A DNA stretch of 64,000 bases from the NCBI RefSeq assembly GCF_009914755.1, contig NC_060928.1. One strand, 5' to 3'. The notes beneath the pieces were generated by a model. That model worked only from the letters and a program-made list of their open reading frames with translations, made no database searches and was not told the DNA's origin. This DNA comes from the human T2T-CHM13v2.0 reference genome, Homo sapiens. Numbering within the stretch: the stretch's first letter is position 1; each line of letters begins with the position of its first letter. This document shows, in pieces, positions 43,600 to 59,029 of this stretch. The translations under genes were made by a program, and so were the position numbers.

Positions 43600-43820
43600 G
43601 TAACCACTTACCGGGCACATCTTTTTTGAATGTGCGCCCTAAAATCTTTATGTATAGCATCCCATTTACATAAAACAATACGATGGAGTATTCTATATTA
43701 TACATCAATTTTATTGATATATAAACAGAGACTCAAAGAGATGAAACATATTTTCCTGAGTGACAAGGCTAAATCAGCATTCCAACCTGGACATCAACAC
43801 CAGAGCCATCACTCTTAAAT
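43600..43820 (-). mobile_element. MIR (degraded)
   Basis: CAATTTTATTGATATATAAACAGAGACTCAAAGAGATGAAACATATTTTCC core. Confidence 0.6.
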
Positions 43821-44408
43821 GTGGAGCAATGTTTTGCTGTTGATCCTGGATAACCAGCTCCAAAGAACATTTTAGAAGGGCATCATGCATGAGGAATGTG
43901 GAGGAATCACACCTGTACATTCTTTTCAAGAGCACCTATTTCTAACTTGATTACATATGTGCCATATAGGATGGTAATAAGTGAGCCTGATATTTTTCAT
44001 TTATATACCATTTTTCAGGGAAATTAATGAATATTTTTGATACAGATTTATACTTATTCCGAGTCCAAGTTTGCTGAAACATTCACTGGAATAAGGTAGT
44101 TTTTCTTCCGAGAGGAAGAAATAACTGTAAAAAAAATCCACAAGTACCCATCCCATGTACACCCATACCCACATGTTGATAGCCTGCCACCAAAGGTAAA
44201 GACCAAAAAAGTACACAAATAATTATACTTAAATATGATCTTAAGGTCAAAATGTATTTTATCAATCTGTCCAATTTGTAATCCTAGTCAACAGCTTCAG
44301 AACAAATGTCATCTAGAAATAAAATTGTATGGTATTAATACTTCAGATTTAACAGCTGAGATTACTGATAGATTGAAGAAAACTAACTTTACAGTCTCAG
44401 TCTCATTT

Positions 44409-44442
44409 ATACACACGTGCACACACACACACACACACACAC
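44409..44442. repeat. (CA)n microsatellite
   Basis: Read directly from the sequence. Confidence 0.9.
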
Positions 44443-45660
44443 GTCAGTGTCTCATAAGCATTGAAATCTAGAGATCGAAAATATGGTAAAAGTTCGCAGA
44501 ATCCAGTGGGATTCCACACATGAAAGCATTCATTTTGGAAACCCTGTGGCTATTCATTGGCCTTTATACATGTTTTTGAAGCTTTAAGAAATTATGAGGA
44601 GGTAAGATTTTACCAGAGATATCTTAGTTCTTAAGCTTCAAAAGTCATGATAAAAATATTCTCCTAGCTGCCAAGTTCAGTTGGCACTACTGAACAATAT
44701 TTTCAGTCTCAAAATTCCATTTTCACTGTTAAGAAAAATGGAAGACATAATTTTTTTATATTAGAATAAAGCCAAAGAGTGCCTAAAACAATTTTTCCTG
44801 AACTGTATGCCAGATAACATTTCTATATAGGATTTTAATACCAGAAAATAGAAACTTTGGTCAAATACATTTAGTACATTCTAGGTAAATAAATTAAATC
44901 ACTAGTCTTTCTGTATTACTTGGCAGAACCACATGAATGCCTTTGTTAATCTCTGAAGAAGGGAGTGAATAGAATACAAATTCTTTTCTAAACATATTCT
45001 TACACAGAATTCTTATTATGCTAAAACACCTAACAAAAGTATTTTTTCAGAAGCCACATTTTAAGTGTTGGCTCGTCTTATGGAAATCCATTGAAGACAT
45101 TTTCCTGTCATTTCAATTGTTACACAATATCAGACAGAATATTTGTTTTATTGCATTTGATTTACAGATTTTTAAAACTATCACAGGGATTTTTTTTCTA
45201 AATTTTGAACAAAAGATAACTATATTTACAGATATATATCCATAATCTTTATTATATATTGCAACAGTCATTTACTGTTCCTATCTGCCCTTTTGCTTAC
45301 GCCATTTTTCTCAACTCTTGGAAAACACTGCTTATTTCCTACTAAAATTATATGTAATTTGGGGGACATTTAAGCACAATTCTTTGTTTAGTGCCAGTGA
45401 GTGGATATATAACCCACTAATGACCAATCACAGTACTGTATCAGTCATTCACAGTGACAGTTGCATATGAATTGGGCAGTCAAGATATAACACGTATTTT
45501 CATATGCTGCTTTACTCAGCATAGTATTCAGCTCATCACCATCACTTTGTTGGGGAGAATTATTTATTTGCATCAAAATATGTGATACAGTTAATGTTGA
45601 TCCAGCCCTACCAATCTGGAGTTCAAGACCTCATTATATAATCAAAGCAGATTCAGAGTA

Positions 45661-45665
45661 CAGAA

Positions 45666-45714
<49 letters not shown>
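45661..45714. repeat. (GA)n microsatellite
   Basis: Read directly from the sequence. Confidence 0.95.
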
Positions 45715-45717
<3 letters not shown>

Positions 45718-46637
45718 CATCATGATTCAAAAGCTATCAATATTATTTAGCATGGAATTTCAATGGTGAACAAAGGTAATTAACTGGGCACTTTGCTGTC
45801 AGTGCCAAGAACTGGTTAACAATCTAGTCACCAGTAATTTCTTCCACCTCTGTATTAAGGTATCTGGTAAAACAAACATGTGATAGTCATTTCATTGTAC
45901 AGTTGATGATAACGAAATTATGCATCCTCTACCTGTGCTATTTACTAAAAAATTTTTCCAGTAGTGCTTTGTATTTCTCACTTCACACACATTTGTCATG
46001 GCTGGTTAAATAAACTTTCCAAAAAAATGTGATGTATCTCCTTTCCATATCGACCTTATATGATGATACCATGCTTTTGACGTCCTTTCCACATTTACAA
46101 CAAAATCAATCAGCTTCATATTGGAAAACAATGTTATGTGTATTCTGGAAGAACTTATTTAACTTCTTAGAAAGGGCACTCTATGCTTTGTGTAAAAAAA
46201 AAAGGCAGCAATTTGGTGGTCATTACAGAAAATGTTATAGCATAAGAGATGGTAGAATGTATCATATTTCTTGAAAATATTTGTTTTATATTACTGACAT
46301 TTTTATTCTTTATATCATTCACTTTTATAGTTGTCTATTTCTTTTTAATAGCATTTCCAAACTCATATTCTATAATTAGAGGCTAATATTCAGGGTTGGT
46401 TCATTTTACTCATTTTCTTTTTGCTTGTTAAAACTTCATTTCAGCATGACTGTGTTTAGAGAAATACACTCATTGGTTAACAGAATGCAATTTAAGTTTA
46501 ACTTATTCTATGCAATTTGGACCAAAAAGTTGGTATGTGACTTGAGATTTTTAAAAAGTATTTGCAATCTGGTTTATTTTTATTTATTTCAAATGTACAA
46601 ATTCTCCTTCATCAAATGCTGTTAAAGAAGGCAGAAA

Positions 46638-47010
<373 letters not shown>

Positions 47011-48440
47011 TTAGTGTTAGAAAACTTTGTTGTAATGTTTCAATGCCAATTTACAAAGTTCAACAACTAATGGATATGGAAAGGGGTCTATGTGCACATG
47101 TGGAACTGGAAAAACTATCTGACTTAGTAAATATCTTATGTAGATTGTAAATCTACACAAAATCTTCAAGATTCAGGTAATTTCTTCAATCTGAATTAAT
47201 ACTATCTGCTAACCTCATCTGCTGAGATTAACAGGGAAACTGGGCGCACTAGCAGTGAGTTTTTTCTGACTTACACAAAAAAGAAAATTAAGTTTCTTCC
47301 CCGGCTTTTCAGCCCAGAAGTGACAGTATACTACAGGCAAGGTGCAAGGTGTTTCTTCCATTGTCAACATTTATAGGGTGATATGCAGTGAGGTCTAGTT
47401 GGGTTTTGATTTGTATCACCACTCATATGCAAACTAGTCTCCAAAATTAATAACCACATAACTTTAGAAGTGATTCTAAAAAGTAAAATCGCCCTTCTAA
47501 GAAGGCTAGAGCAAAACATCCAGCCATATTTATAAGAAGCCTTGTCAAAGAAATGCAACCCTTTTAAAATGGTACCTAAATAAGAATAAAAATAAAAACA
47601 ACCCATTACCCCAAAATAAGAAGCAGATCTGAGGAAATGAGAAAAATATATATCTTAAAATAGGTTGAAAAACCAATGTGAATCTAGGTTCAAAAGATAG
47701 TAAAAGACATTCAATTTTGTAAGACTACCTAGGATTAAGGCTTATAATGTATTATAGTTTTTCAGGTTTATCATTAGTTACTAAACACCAATTTACAAAT
47801 AGCATGTTCATTTTTTTTACCAAAAGAGAAAATTCTGGTTTCATTTTCAACCCTAACGGCAGAGTCACCATAGCTATATTTGCTCTATGTAACATATGTA
47901 ACTTTAGAAGTTATTACTTTCCTCCTACTTTGTCTTAGCCCTTTTCTTTTTTTATTTGCTGTGTAATAAACTTTTTCATTTACTGCCAATATATTAAGCA
48001 AAATTCTGATATTACTTATTTACTCCTCAAATGAAGAAGTTTATGTCAATTTAATACTTTTCCTAGGATAAATTTTACCATTGAATATACTTATTATTTA
48101 ATGAGTGGACAAATGTTTACCATGTGAACACAATTCTTTTAGACATACAGTCTGTTCTGGGACCGTTTCTTCTATGAGCTATGCTTGAATCAGTCACCAA
48201 GAGGAAAAAATGTTTTTTTTTTTCAACTCTGTTAAAAAAAATAAAAGTAAAGGAGAAAATATAAATATTTTACTATAAATTTACGGTTTGAGAAGGATGC
48301 TGGCTAAAATATGTGCAATTTCACTTTGATTCAGTTTAATATAATAATATGTGTGAGTCACTGATGTAAATCTTGTTTTGTTCAATAAATAAACATCCCC
48401 TCTATTAGCTGAAAGTATACTTAATTTTACTTTTATTTTT

Positions 48441-49886
<1,446 letters not shown>

Positions 49887-50789
49887 TTATTAATTCCTTT
49901 ATTTTTAAATAAGATATAGGTTTATATTGCCTTCTATCACATTCACTTGTTTCCACTGTTAAATTGTATTTTTTTCTACAAAACTCTGGTCTTTTCACAA
50001 TTGTCTTTGAACCAAGGGATTCATCTCTTATAGTCTCTTTGTTAATTTATTATCTTTGTCTTAGCCAAGTAAGGCATCAGAAATTGTTTTTATTTAATGA
50101 GGGAAGGATCACAAGGATGTATGTAAGGCAAGAGAAATGAGAAGATAAACTCGTTTTTCGGTCTTAAAGATTACCCCTTTATATTAGAAGAACAAACACT
50201 TCCCATAAATAAAATATTGTCTGCTATTAGATTGACCAGCTTAGTCTTATTGTAGTAGAGCAATGACTAGCATAGCCAAGTAAATGAGTGCTTTGGGATG
50301 AGAGATTAAATGTGAAAGAAAAGTGGGAATGGGTAGTCTGGGAGGTATTAGGACGCCTGTGCTTTTCTGGCAGTTTTCAGTGCAAAGTTGCTTATAATCC
50401 AGCATCTTCCACAGTTCCCTGGCAAATGTCATGTGCTCCATGAATATCCTTCCCTGATAAACCCTTGTGGGAATTTTCCACTAAGTAGAATAATCCCTGA
50501 GGTTACCATTATTTGCAAACACTTTCATTTACCCATAATGCATAAGAAAGTGTTATCAGTATTACACAGCAAATAATTAAGAATTTTATAACTGTAATTA
50601 GCCATTTTTAAATTAGGGTTTATTATAATCCTTTATAAATTTTCATGCAAATACTCCAAAAAATTACAGTGAATTTGCCTACTAATGTAGAGAAGTCATT
50701 AATTTAATGTTTCTTCCATTATCTTAGAACTTTTAAGAATGAATATTCTCCATTATCTCTCTGTTTTCAGCAATTGCATTTGTTTCAGA

Positions 50790-51130
50790 AATTCAAATAA
50801 TAAATATTTAGTGATTACTTACTGTATGAAATATATGACCTAGGAAGAATTATAGCTAAAATAATAAGAGTAAGAATAAAGCATAGCTCCTAACTTCAGA
50901 GAAGTTACACATTAGTATAGAATGCACACAAGAATACGCATACAAATATGCACAAATACACAAATAAGTTCTATGTAATAAGGGATAAGTACTAAAACAC
51001 ACTATGTGAACATTTTACAAAGAAGGAATCATTTTGTTGTAGGATTAGTAGGAGTTTTTGTTATTGAGAGTTCTCAAAAGAGAAATATACTTTCAATTGA
51101 TAAAGTGAAAGCAGATCTAGAATGCACAAA
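50790..51130 (-). mobile_element. L2 3' fragment
   Basis: AAATATTTAGTGATTACTTACTGTATG..CATAGCTCCTAACTTCAGAGAAGTTACA. Confidence 0.55.
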
Positions 51131-51365
51131 TGAACAACAATCTTATGTGGAAAAAATATTATAATAATGTTTATACTGCTTTTGAAAGTAATTTAAGTTC
51201 TCTGAATTTCAATTTACCTGTATCTTCATCAATTCAATCTGGTACAAATTATGCTTATATGACTTCTGAATCTAGTTCAAGAAAGAAGATGCTATCTCTG
51301 CCTGGTCTTCTTCACATATTAGCTCTAGAGGAATCCAGATGTCATTTAAAAACTCTGACTAATAT

Positions 51366-53320
51366 CATAATGGTGAAGAGCTGAAAGCTTTTTTCTAAGA
51401 TCAGGAACAAGATAAGGCTACTCATTCTTACCACTTCTATTTAACACAGCAGTAGATGTCTTAGCCAGAACATTTAGGTAATAAAAGGAAATAAAAAGCA
51501 TCTAAATTAGAAAAGAAAAAGTAAAATTGTCACTGCAGATAACATTACTTTACATCTAAAAGCCTAAAGATTCCATCCAGACAACATTAGAAAAAGTAAA
51601 CAAATTCAGTAAAGTTGCAGGATAAAAAAAAAATCAACCTACAGAAATCGGTAGTATTTTCATACACTAACAAAACTCATCTGAAAAACATCAAGAAAAC
51701 AATCCATTTATAATAACATTTAAAAAGAATAAAATACTTAGAAATAAATTTAACTAAGAAGGTGAAAGATCTGTACAACAAAAACTACAACATACTGATG
51801 AAAGAAATTGAAGAAAACACAAGTAAATAGAAAAATATCCCATATTCATGGACTGGAATAATTAATAGTTAAAATGTTCATACTACTCAAAGCAATCTAC
51901 ATATTCAATGTGTATACATCTACTATGTATCCACAAAAATTAAAAATTAAAAAATCAATGTAATCCCTATCAAAATTCCAACAACATTTTTCACAGAAAT
52001 AGAAAATAAAATTCAAATTTTTTTTGGAATTACAAAGATCCTAAACAGCCAAAGCAATGATGAGCAAAAAGGACAAAGCTCAAGCCATCATATGACTCAA
52101 TTTCAAATTTACTGTAAACCTACAGTAATCAAAACAGCATAATAGTAGCATAAAAATGGGCATATAGACCAATGGAACAGAATACAGAGCTAGAAATAGA
52201 CCCATGCATTTACAGTCAATTCATCTTCACAAAGATGCCACAAACAAACAATAAGGAAAGGACATTATCTTCAATAAATGATGTTGAGGAAAGTGGATAT
52301 GCATGTGTGCAAGAATGAGATTGGACCCTTATGTCACACCATATATAAAAAATCAAATCTAAATAGACAAAAGACACATGTAAGACATGAAGCTGTAAAG
52401 CTACAACAAGAAAGTATAGTTAAAAGCTTAATTACATTTGTTTGGGCAAGATGTTTTGGGATATGACTCCAAAAGCACAGGCTACAAAAGCAAAAAGAGA
52501 CAAACGGGAGTTCATCCAACTAAAAAGTTTCTGCACAACAAGAAAGGGAAAAAAATGAATGAGGATTCAACATAGAATGGAAAAATACTTTTGCAAACAA
52601 TACATCTGATAATGACTAGAATACATAAGGAACTCACACAATTCAATAGGAAGAAAACAGTAAACCAATTTAAAAATGAGTAAAGGATCTGAATAGAAAT
52701 TTCTCAAAAGACATACAAATGGCTATGTACGTGAAAAAATGCTCAACATCGCTGATAATAAGAAAAATGCAAATCAAAACCATGAGATCACCTCACATCT
52801 GCTAGAATGACTATTACTAAAAAGACGAAAGATGACAACTGTTAGTAAGAATGAAGATTAAAGGGAATCACTGTAAACCTTAGAGGGAATGTAAATTAGT
52901 ACAGCCATTATGAAATACAGTATTGAGAATTCTCAAAAAATTAAAAATAGAACTAACATATGATCCAGTAATCCCACTTCTGGATATATATCCAAAGAAA
53001 ATGAATCGGAATGTTGCAGAGGTATCTACCCCTGCACTCTCAGAATCATTGCAACATTACTCACAGTAGACAAGACATGGAATCAAACTAAGTTTCCATC
53101 AAAAGATGAATGGACACACACACACACACATACACAGAAAGAGAGAGAGAGAGAATACTATTCAGCAAAAATGAAATCTTCCCATTTTCAATAACGTGGA
53201 CAAACCTGTAGGATGTTCTGCTAAGTAAAATAAGCCAGGCACAGAAAGACAAATCCTGCATGATCTCAATTATAAGTGGTTTCGATAAAAGTTGAACTCT
53301 TAGAAGCCAAGAGTAGTACC
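51366..53320 (+). mobile_element. L1MA/MB ORF2 3' half and part of the 3' UTR
   Basis: AAGATCAGGAACAAGA, AATAAAATACTTAGAAATAAATTTAACTAAG, ATAGACCAATGGAACAGAATA and ATGCAAATCAAAACCA landmarks appear in consensus order. Confidence 0.9.
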
Positions 53321-53407
53321 CATGTGAATGGTCTGTATAAGATAACCAGCCCAGGCAAACTTTCACAGAGACTCTACTACAGGGCTGTAAGTTGATTTTG
53401 TCCCAAT

Positions 53408-53500
53408 ATCCTGACCCAAAAATTTTTGAGAAAAATAAAACGGTTATTTTAAGCTGCTATGTTTTGTGGGTAATTTTTATACAGCAATATTAACCATTAT
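53408..53500 (+). mobile_element. MLT1 LTR 3' fragment
   Basis: TTATTTTAAGCTGCTATGTTTTGTGGGTAATTTTTATACAGCAATA. Confidence 0.6.
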
Positions 53501-54024
53501 AAAAGCAAAAGGTTTATATATCCCATATCTGAAAGAGGCACAGTCAACTTCCATTAACATATCATAGTCTAAAATTTGAAAATGTAGCCCCATAGAACTT
53601 CAAGGGGAGATTGGAAATGAAAATCCATGTAACTGCCAAAGAATATTAAGGGGAATCTAAATTTGGCCAGCACCTCCTATTTTTCACGTGATATAATGTT
53701 TGCGTTGGGAGTGAGAAGAAGAAATAAGCAAGAGAGATTATATACTACCCATTATTTATTGGTTTTGATTCTTTCCCCTTAATTCTCTGAGAGAGGGGAT
53801 AGGCATAAAACTTCTAGTAAAAGTCAAGAAGTGTTTTCTGTAGCATAATTTTATAACCATCTTCGATAACTTTCTTTGGCCTAGTTTAATAACCTGAGAA
53901 TTTAGCTTTACATTTTAAAAGACTATCTGTAGATTTCTGCTCCTGGAAGAAATTTCAGACTGCTATAACCAGTCTACATACTTTGTTTCCTTTGACCTTA
54001 CTTTTCTAATAATTTAATTTCTAA

Positions 54025-54681
54025 TGTTGGAGCAAAAGGGATTTCTCCTTTTCTCTCTGAAGATTTCTGAAAAATTAACTCACAAAAGAAACATTAATCA
54101 GATTAAAGGCATTCTAATTTATTTGATCATACATGACAGGAGAGCCTTCTGAATGAAGACCCACCCCCCACCCCCAGTGGAGAGCAAAAACTTCGATACC
54201 ATTTTGAGACTACAGAAAAGATAGGGACTTGGATTCTGGCAAAAGAGGTGATCGTCTGATGAGATGAGCAATTCTGTTGAAGAACAATAAATGATTACTA
54301 TGGAGAATTCAATGGACTCAGAGAACATACAGTAGTCCAGGACAAAGTCTGTTGGGTACATAGAACAGTGGGTTGTCACAACTGTCTGTCCAGACTTTTT
54401 GTCTTGTTGACAGTCTTGTTGACAGACTTTAGTTGACAGATTTTAGTCTTCTTTCCTGTGATATGAATTCAGTTAATGAATCTCAGGGATTCAATTACCC
54501 AGAGGTAATCGTTTTCTTCTTTGGTGGGTCTGGACTTCAAGCAGATAAGAGAACTTCAGAGAAGGCTATGCTAGGAGAGACGGTGGAGAACCCAGGAGGT
54601 CAGAAAGACCTTGATGTTCTTTTTTTAGACCAGCATATACAAAGCACCATATTTTGGGTTATTGGTTCCTGAGCCCCAACA
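54025..54681 (-). mobile_element. ERV1 solo LTR (MER34/MER39 group)
   Basis: Minus-strand start TGTTGGGGCTCAGGAACCAATAACCCAAAATATGGTGCTTTG. TG..CA termini. Flanks CTAA/CTAT. Confidence 0.75.
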
Positions 54682-54799
54682 CTATCTGTCAAATTGTTTA
54701 ATAGTCTTTGGGGTGCTTTCTGAGTCTTACATGATACAACATATGCAGCAGTTATTCAATAAGCTGTTGCTAAATGACACGTGAAAAAGAGGAGACGAA

Positions 54800-54950
54800 A
54801 GTAATAGTTATTAAGCAGTTACTAAATGTTACACATACTGTTAGTTACTTTACTTGACTGTTTTTGTGTTAAACACAAACCATCCTTCAAAAAATCTATT
54901 ATTATACTTCATTCCACAGATGAAGAAACTGACTCGTTGAGTTTCATTAA
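54800..54950 (-). mobile_element. MIR fragment
   Basis: CTATTATTATACTTCATTCCACAGATGAAGAAACTGACTC core. Confidence 0.7.
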
Positions 54951-57900
54951 GCAACTTTACCATTATAATCTATCCCTGTCATGTATTTTTGAATTTGTAT
55001 AAATAATATAATGGAGATCAATATTAGTGATCTAATTTATGAGTTTCAATTCTTACTTATACAAGAATAGCTTTAGGGGAATAGCCGAAGACATATTTCA
55101 AACCCATTTTACATTTGCAAAAGTGAATATATCTCAAAATACTTTTTACATTACAACTTGTTATGTATACCATGCCAAAGCTAATGCTCAAGTTCTTATA
55201 CTTCTAGGCTAAAAATCCATTTTTGATTCATCAAAAATAGATAAAGAAGACACTGAACATAAAAAATATGGGAGGAAATGAAATATGTCTGGAATCAAAC
55301 ATTATTCAGATTAAAACTATATGTTTTAAATGCCATTCTTGTCAACTGTTATAAATTCTACAATGACAGAGACCCTCTACTCTCATTCCTTGTTATATAT
55401 CTCAAATGCTTAGTACATTGACTAGTCCATTCTAGTTGCTCAATGAATAAACCAAACAAAATGTAAGGCAGGATCAAACATCAAATTCAGCGTTCCTAAC
55501 CAGCACAGAGTAGACTTTACCTGATCAAGTTAGTTTGTGGGCAGAAAGCCTAATTCCAGACATTTCTGAGCTTCCCATATGTTTAAGCAACTTAAGTACC
55601 TTGAACGTATAGCAAGTGGTGGGACTGTGAATGAAACTCTATTATGTTCAACATCAGATTCAATTTCCTTTATACTATATCTCTCTGCCACAACCATGTG
55701 TCTTTATTTGAAAATTTACTCTATACATGAATCATATATTTTGATTTATTCACTGAACTCTATTCAAAATAATTTTGTGTAGTTTTATTTGGTATATTAA
55801 ATAAGGGAAATTTGTGATCCCAGCTATCAATGCTACAATTTAATAATTAATTAAAGTTAAATTAATTTAATTATATTTTCATCTACATATAAACGATGAT
55901 GAAAAGATTATCTTTTTAATTTCCTATAATCTTCTAAAATTTAAAATGTCAGCTATTAACATGTTTTATTGATTCTAGAGGAAAATAAAGTATAAAAGAA
56001 ATCTATTTTAATTAGTTCATTGAATCTTCTTTATGGCTTAAATAACTAGTATTGAAATAAGTGGAAACACTCATTTTTCTATACAGATTGCACTAGCCAA
56101 CAATTTTGAGAAGACACCAGGTTTAACACAACCCTGTTGCTATCCGCTCTGTTTCTTATAAAATAATAACTATTTCTTCTGAAGAAGCCAGACATGGGGG
56201 TTTGAAGGTTTTAAGTAAAGCCTGGAACCAAAATGAACAGGCTGTTTTCCTCTCTGAGACCTTGAATAGCAGTGTTAGATAATATCAAGCAGAATGAGTT
56301 CAGAGAAGAGTTTGGCCTGGGGATAAACATGAACAATCCAAGACAAATTACTCAATAAAGAAGAACTGACAATCTCCTTAAAGGGAAAGTCCACAAATCA
56401 AAGAATCTCAAGTGTAGATTGTTCTTCAATAATTCATTGTCCTCATAGATACACAGATTAAAAAGTAAATCACATCACTTAAGTCAGTTCTCGATTTCTG
56501 AGGATTTTTAGAGAATGGGATATACATGGACAATTTAAAGCGAAGACACAATTCTCAGACTCTACTATAAGTTTTTATTGAAGAAAACAATGAGTATAAT
56601 AGTAAGTTTTGGAGAAACAGGTAATAAAGAAAGTTAAACAATGTCATGTGGATGATTCAGATTCTCTGTTTTGTATGATGACCTGTAATAATCCATTTTT
56701 TTTCATGCAGGTTAAAAAAGATTTAGCATCTAACTAGAACTACGTTTAGCCTCTCTAGTGAAAGTTTCATTGGATATTTTGTTCAACACTTTCAATAGAG
56801 TTAAAATCATGGAAAGTCTGTGAATTAAAATTTTTCATGACCCATAGATAATAAACAGTTGATTTAAGTTGACTATAGAAAATATTTATAGTAATGAAAT
56901 TTAAATGGACTGCTTTGGGTAAAATGACATGTTATATTTTATTATGTTCTGCATATACATTTCCTCCTTATTTGAAGAAAAAAACCTGAAAATCATCATA
57001 TTTAAATGTCACTATCAAAAACTTAAGGTACTTAGGAGAAAATATAGAGGCTGTCTTTTTTGGAATTAAGTTAAAATCTATCTCTCTTGATCTACAAACG
57101 TTATTGCCATTTGTACTTTATAAGTTCTATTTATACAGAGTCCTTTGGGTATTAAACTGCTTTTTCTGCAAGTCTAGTTGCTTATTATAAAAGCATTTTC
57201 TCCAGGTTCATTGACAGCTCATCAACCAACAAATCTCAGTAGTGACAAACTTCAGTGATTGAAGCACGTATCTTGATTTCTCTGAGAATCTCAATATATT
57301 TCTGATTCAATACTGACTTTACTGTTATTAGCTCATCTCCTTTTTCACTGCCTCCTTTCATCCATCAAGAAAAAACTACATGTCAGCACTCTAATCACTT
57401 GAACTGAGAGAAGGAAAAAAAATAACATTAGTTCACTTTATCCATACTACCATTTAATTCAACTTGCTGTAAAAAAAGTTTCTTAATGATCATACCCAAT
57501 AATAAATTATACTACTCTAAATTGCTAGTAAATTCCTGAGAATTGAAATTATTTCTCATTCAATACCAACCAAAGATTTGTTCAGTTTTTCTTTGGTATG
57601 CTTCAAACTACCAAGATTTGAAGCAATATCTGTAATTAAATGTCATATTATAAATATCATCTAGTGATGATATCCATTCAGCAAATCAAGCTAAGCTTGT
57701 ATTTTGAATTATTATAGTGCTGCAATTAATAATACATACATAATTCACAGTACATACTGTGCATTATGAGTAACATTAGTTAAGAAAAATTCAAATTTCA
57801 TTTTAAAATTGTTCCCTTAATTCTTTGTCTAACATTTTTTTTTTTGTCTAGCATTCCAGAACAACAATTTATATTGTACAAATAATTCCAGTGAGTCATT

Positions 57901-58185
57901 TAGGCTTTAGAACTATATAACATTGATATAAATTTAAAATAATAAAACAACGTTATAAAACATTATGTAGAGTATGATAAAATTATTTTACAGGTATATC
58001 AGTAGATTTGTGTATACACATATATGTAGGATAAAACTATCTATTTAAAAAGTAAGCGATATATTCAAACAAAAAAAAGCTAAGACAATTTCACAGATGA
58101 AATTTTATTAGGCTATAAAATGAACCTAGAAAAAAGTAATTGTGGTATAAATATTTTCCATTTTATACATGATCATGTGTGTGTT

Positions 58186-58631
58186 TGTAATAGGTAGAAT
58201 AATGACTCCTATTAAAGAGAGATAAAAGTTGCTGATGAAATTAAGTCACTAATTAGTTGACCTTAAAGAAATTATACTGGGTTTTTCAATTGGATGCAAT
58301 GTAACCACAAGGGTCCTTAAAATTGAAAGAGGCAGTCAGAAGATTTAGTGTGAGAGCGATACAATGGGAGAACTCAACCTGCTTTCATTGGTAGATGGAA
58401 GAAGATGACCACGAGCCAAGAAATATGGGTGGCCTATACAAGCTAAAAAAGGCAAAAAAGCAAATTATTTCCTAGAGCCTTCAGAAAGGAATGCAGCTTG
58501 CTGACAGCTTGATTTTTATACCACCGAGATCTATGTTGGACTTCCAATCTAAAAATAACAAATTTGTGTTTTTTTCAAACCACTAAGTGTGGTATTTTGT
58601 TATGGCAGCAATAGAAAGCTAAACAAATACA
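58186..58631 (+). mobile_element. MLT1D-like solo LTR
   Basis: GGTAGAATAATGACTCC..CACAAGGGTCCTTAAAA..CCTAGAGCCTTCAGAAAGGAATGCAG..TTGTTATGGCAGCAATAGAAA. Confidence 0.85.
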
Positions 58632-59029
58632 GTATGCAATAGAAAATGAGCGAAAATAGCATGCTTACATTTTAAACATTTTTTTAATCATATTAATAAT
58701 TGATACAATTTTCATATCTAATTCAAGAAAGACTTCTTTTTTTGTTGTTACTTGAAGAGTAAGCCTTTTTGCCTATTTACAGTGAGTAATTTATCAGACG
58801 TCATTTACTTAAAGGGTTGAAACCACTTACAGTCAAAACAATACTTGTAAAACAGAATAATTTTTCCATAATTATAAAAACGCGTGGTGTCCATTTATGT
58901 GTCCAAAAAGTAAAATTGTGTGTTTGCTAAAGGATGAATCATTCTGTTGTTAAAAATAACTAATTTAATTAATTTAATTTACATGTATGCACACACACAC
59001 AGCACCATCAGACACACAGACATGACCTG

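Noticed and set aside
47139-47200. Small hairpins (TGTAGATT-GTA-AATCTACA, AATCTT-C-AAGATT)
   Set aside because: 6-8 bp AT-rich stems are expected by chance; no RNA-gene features.
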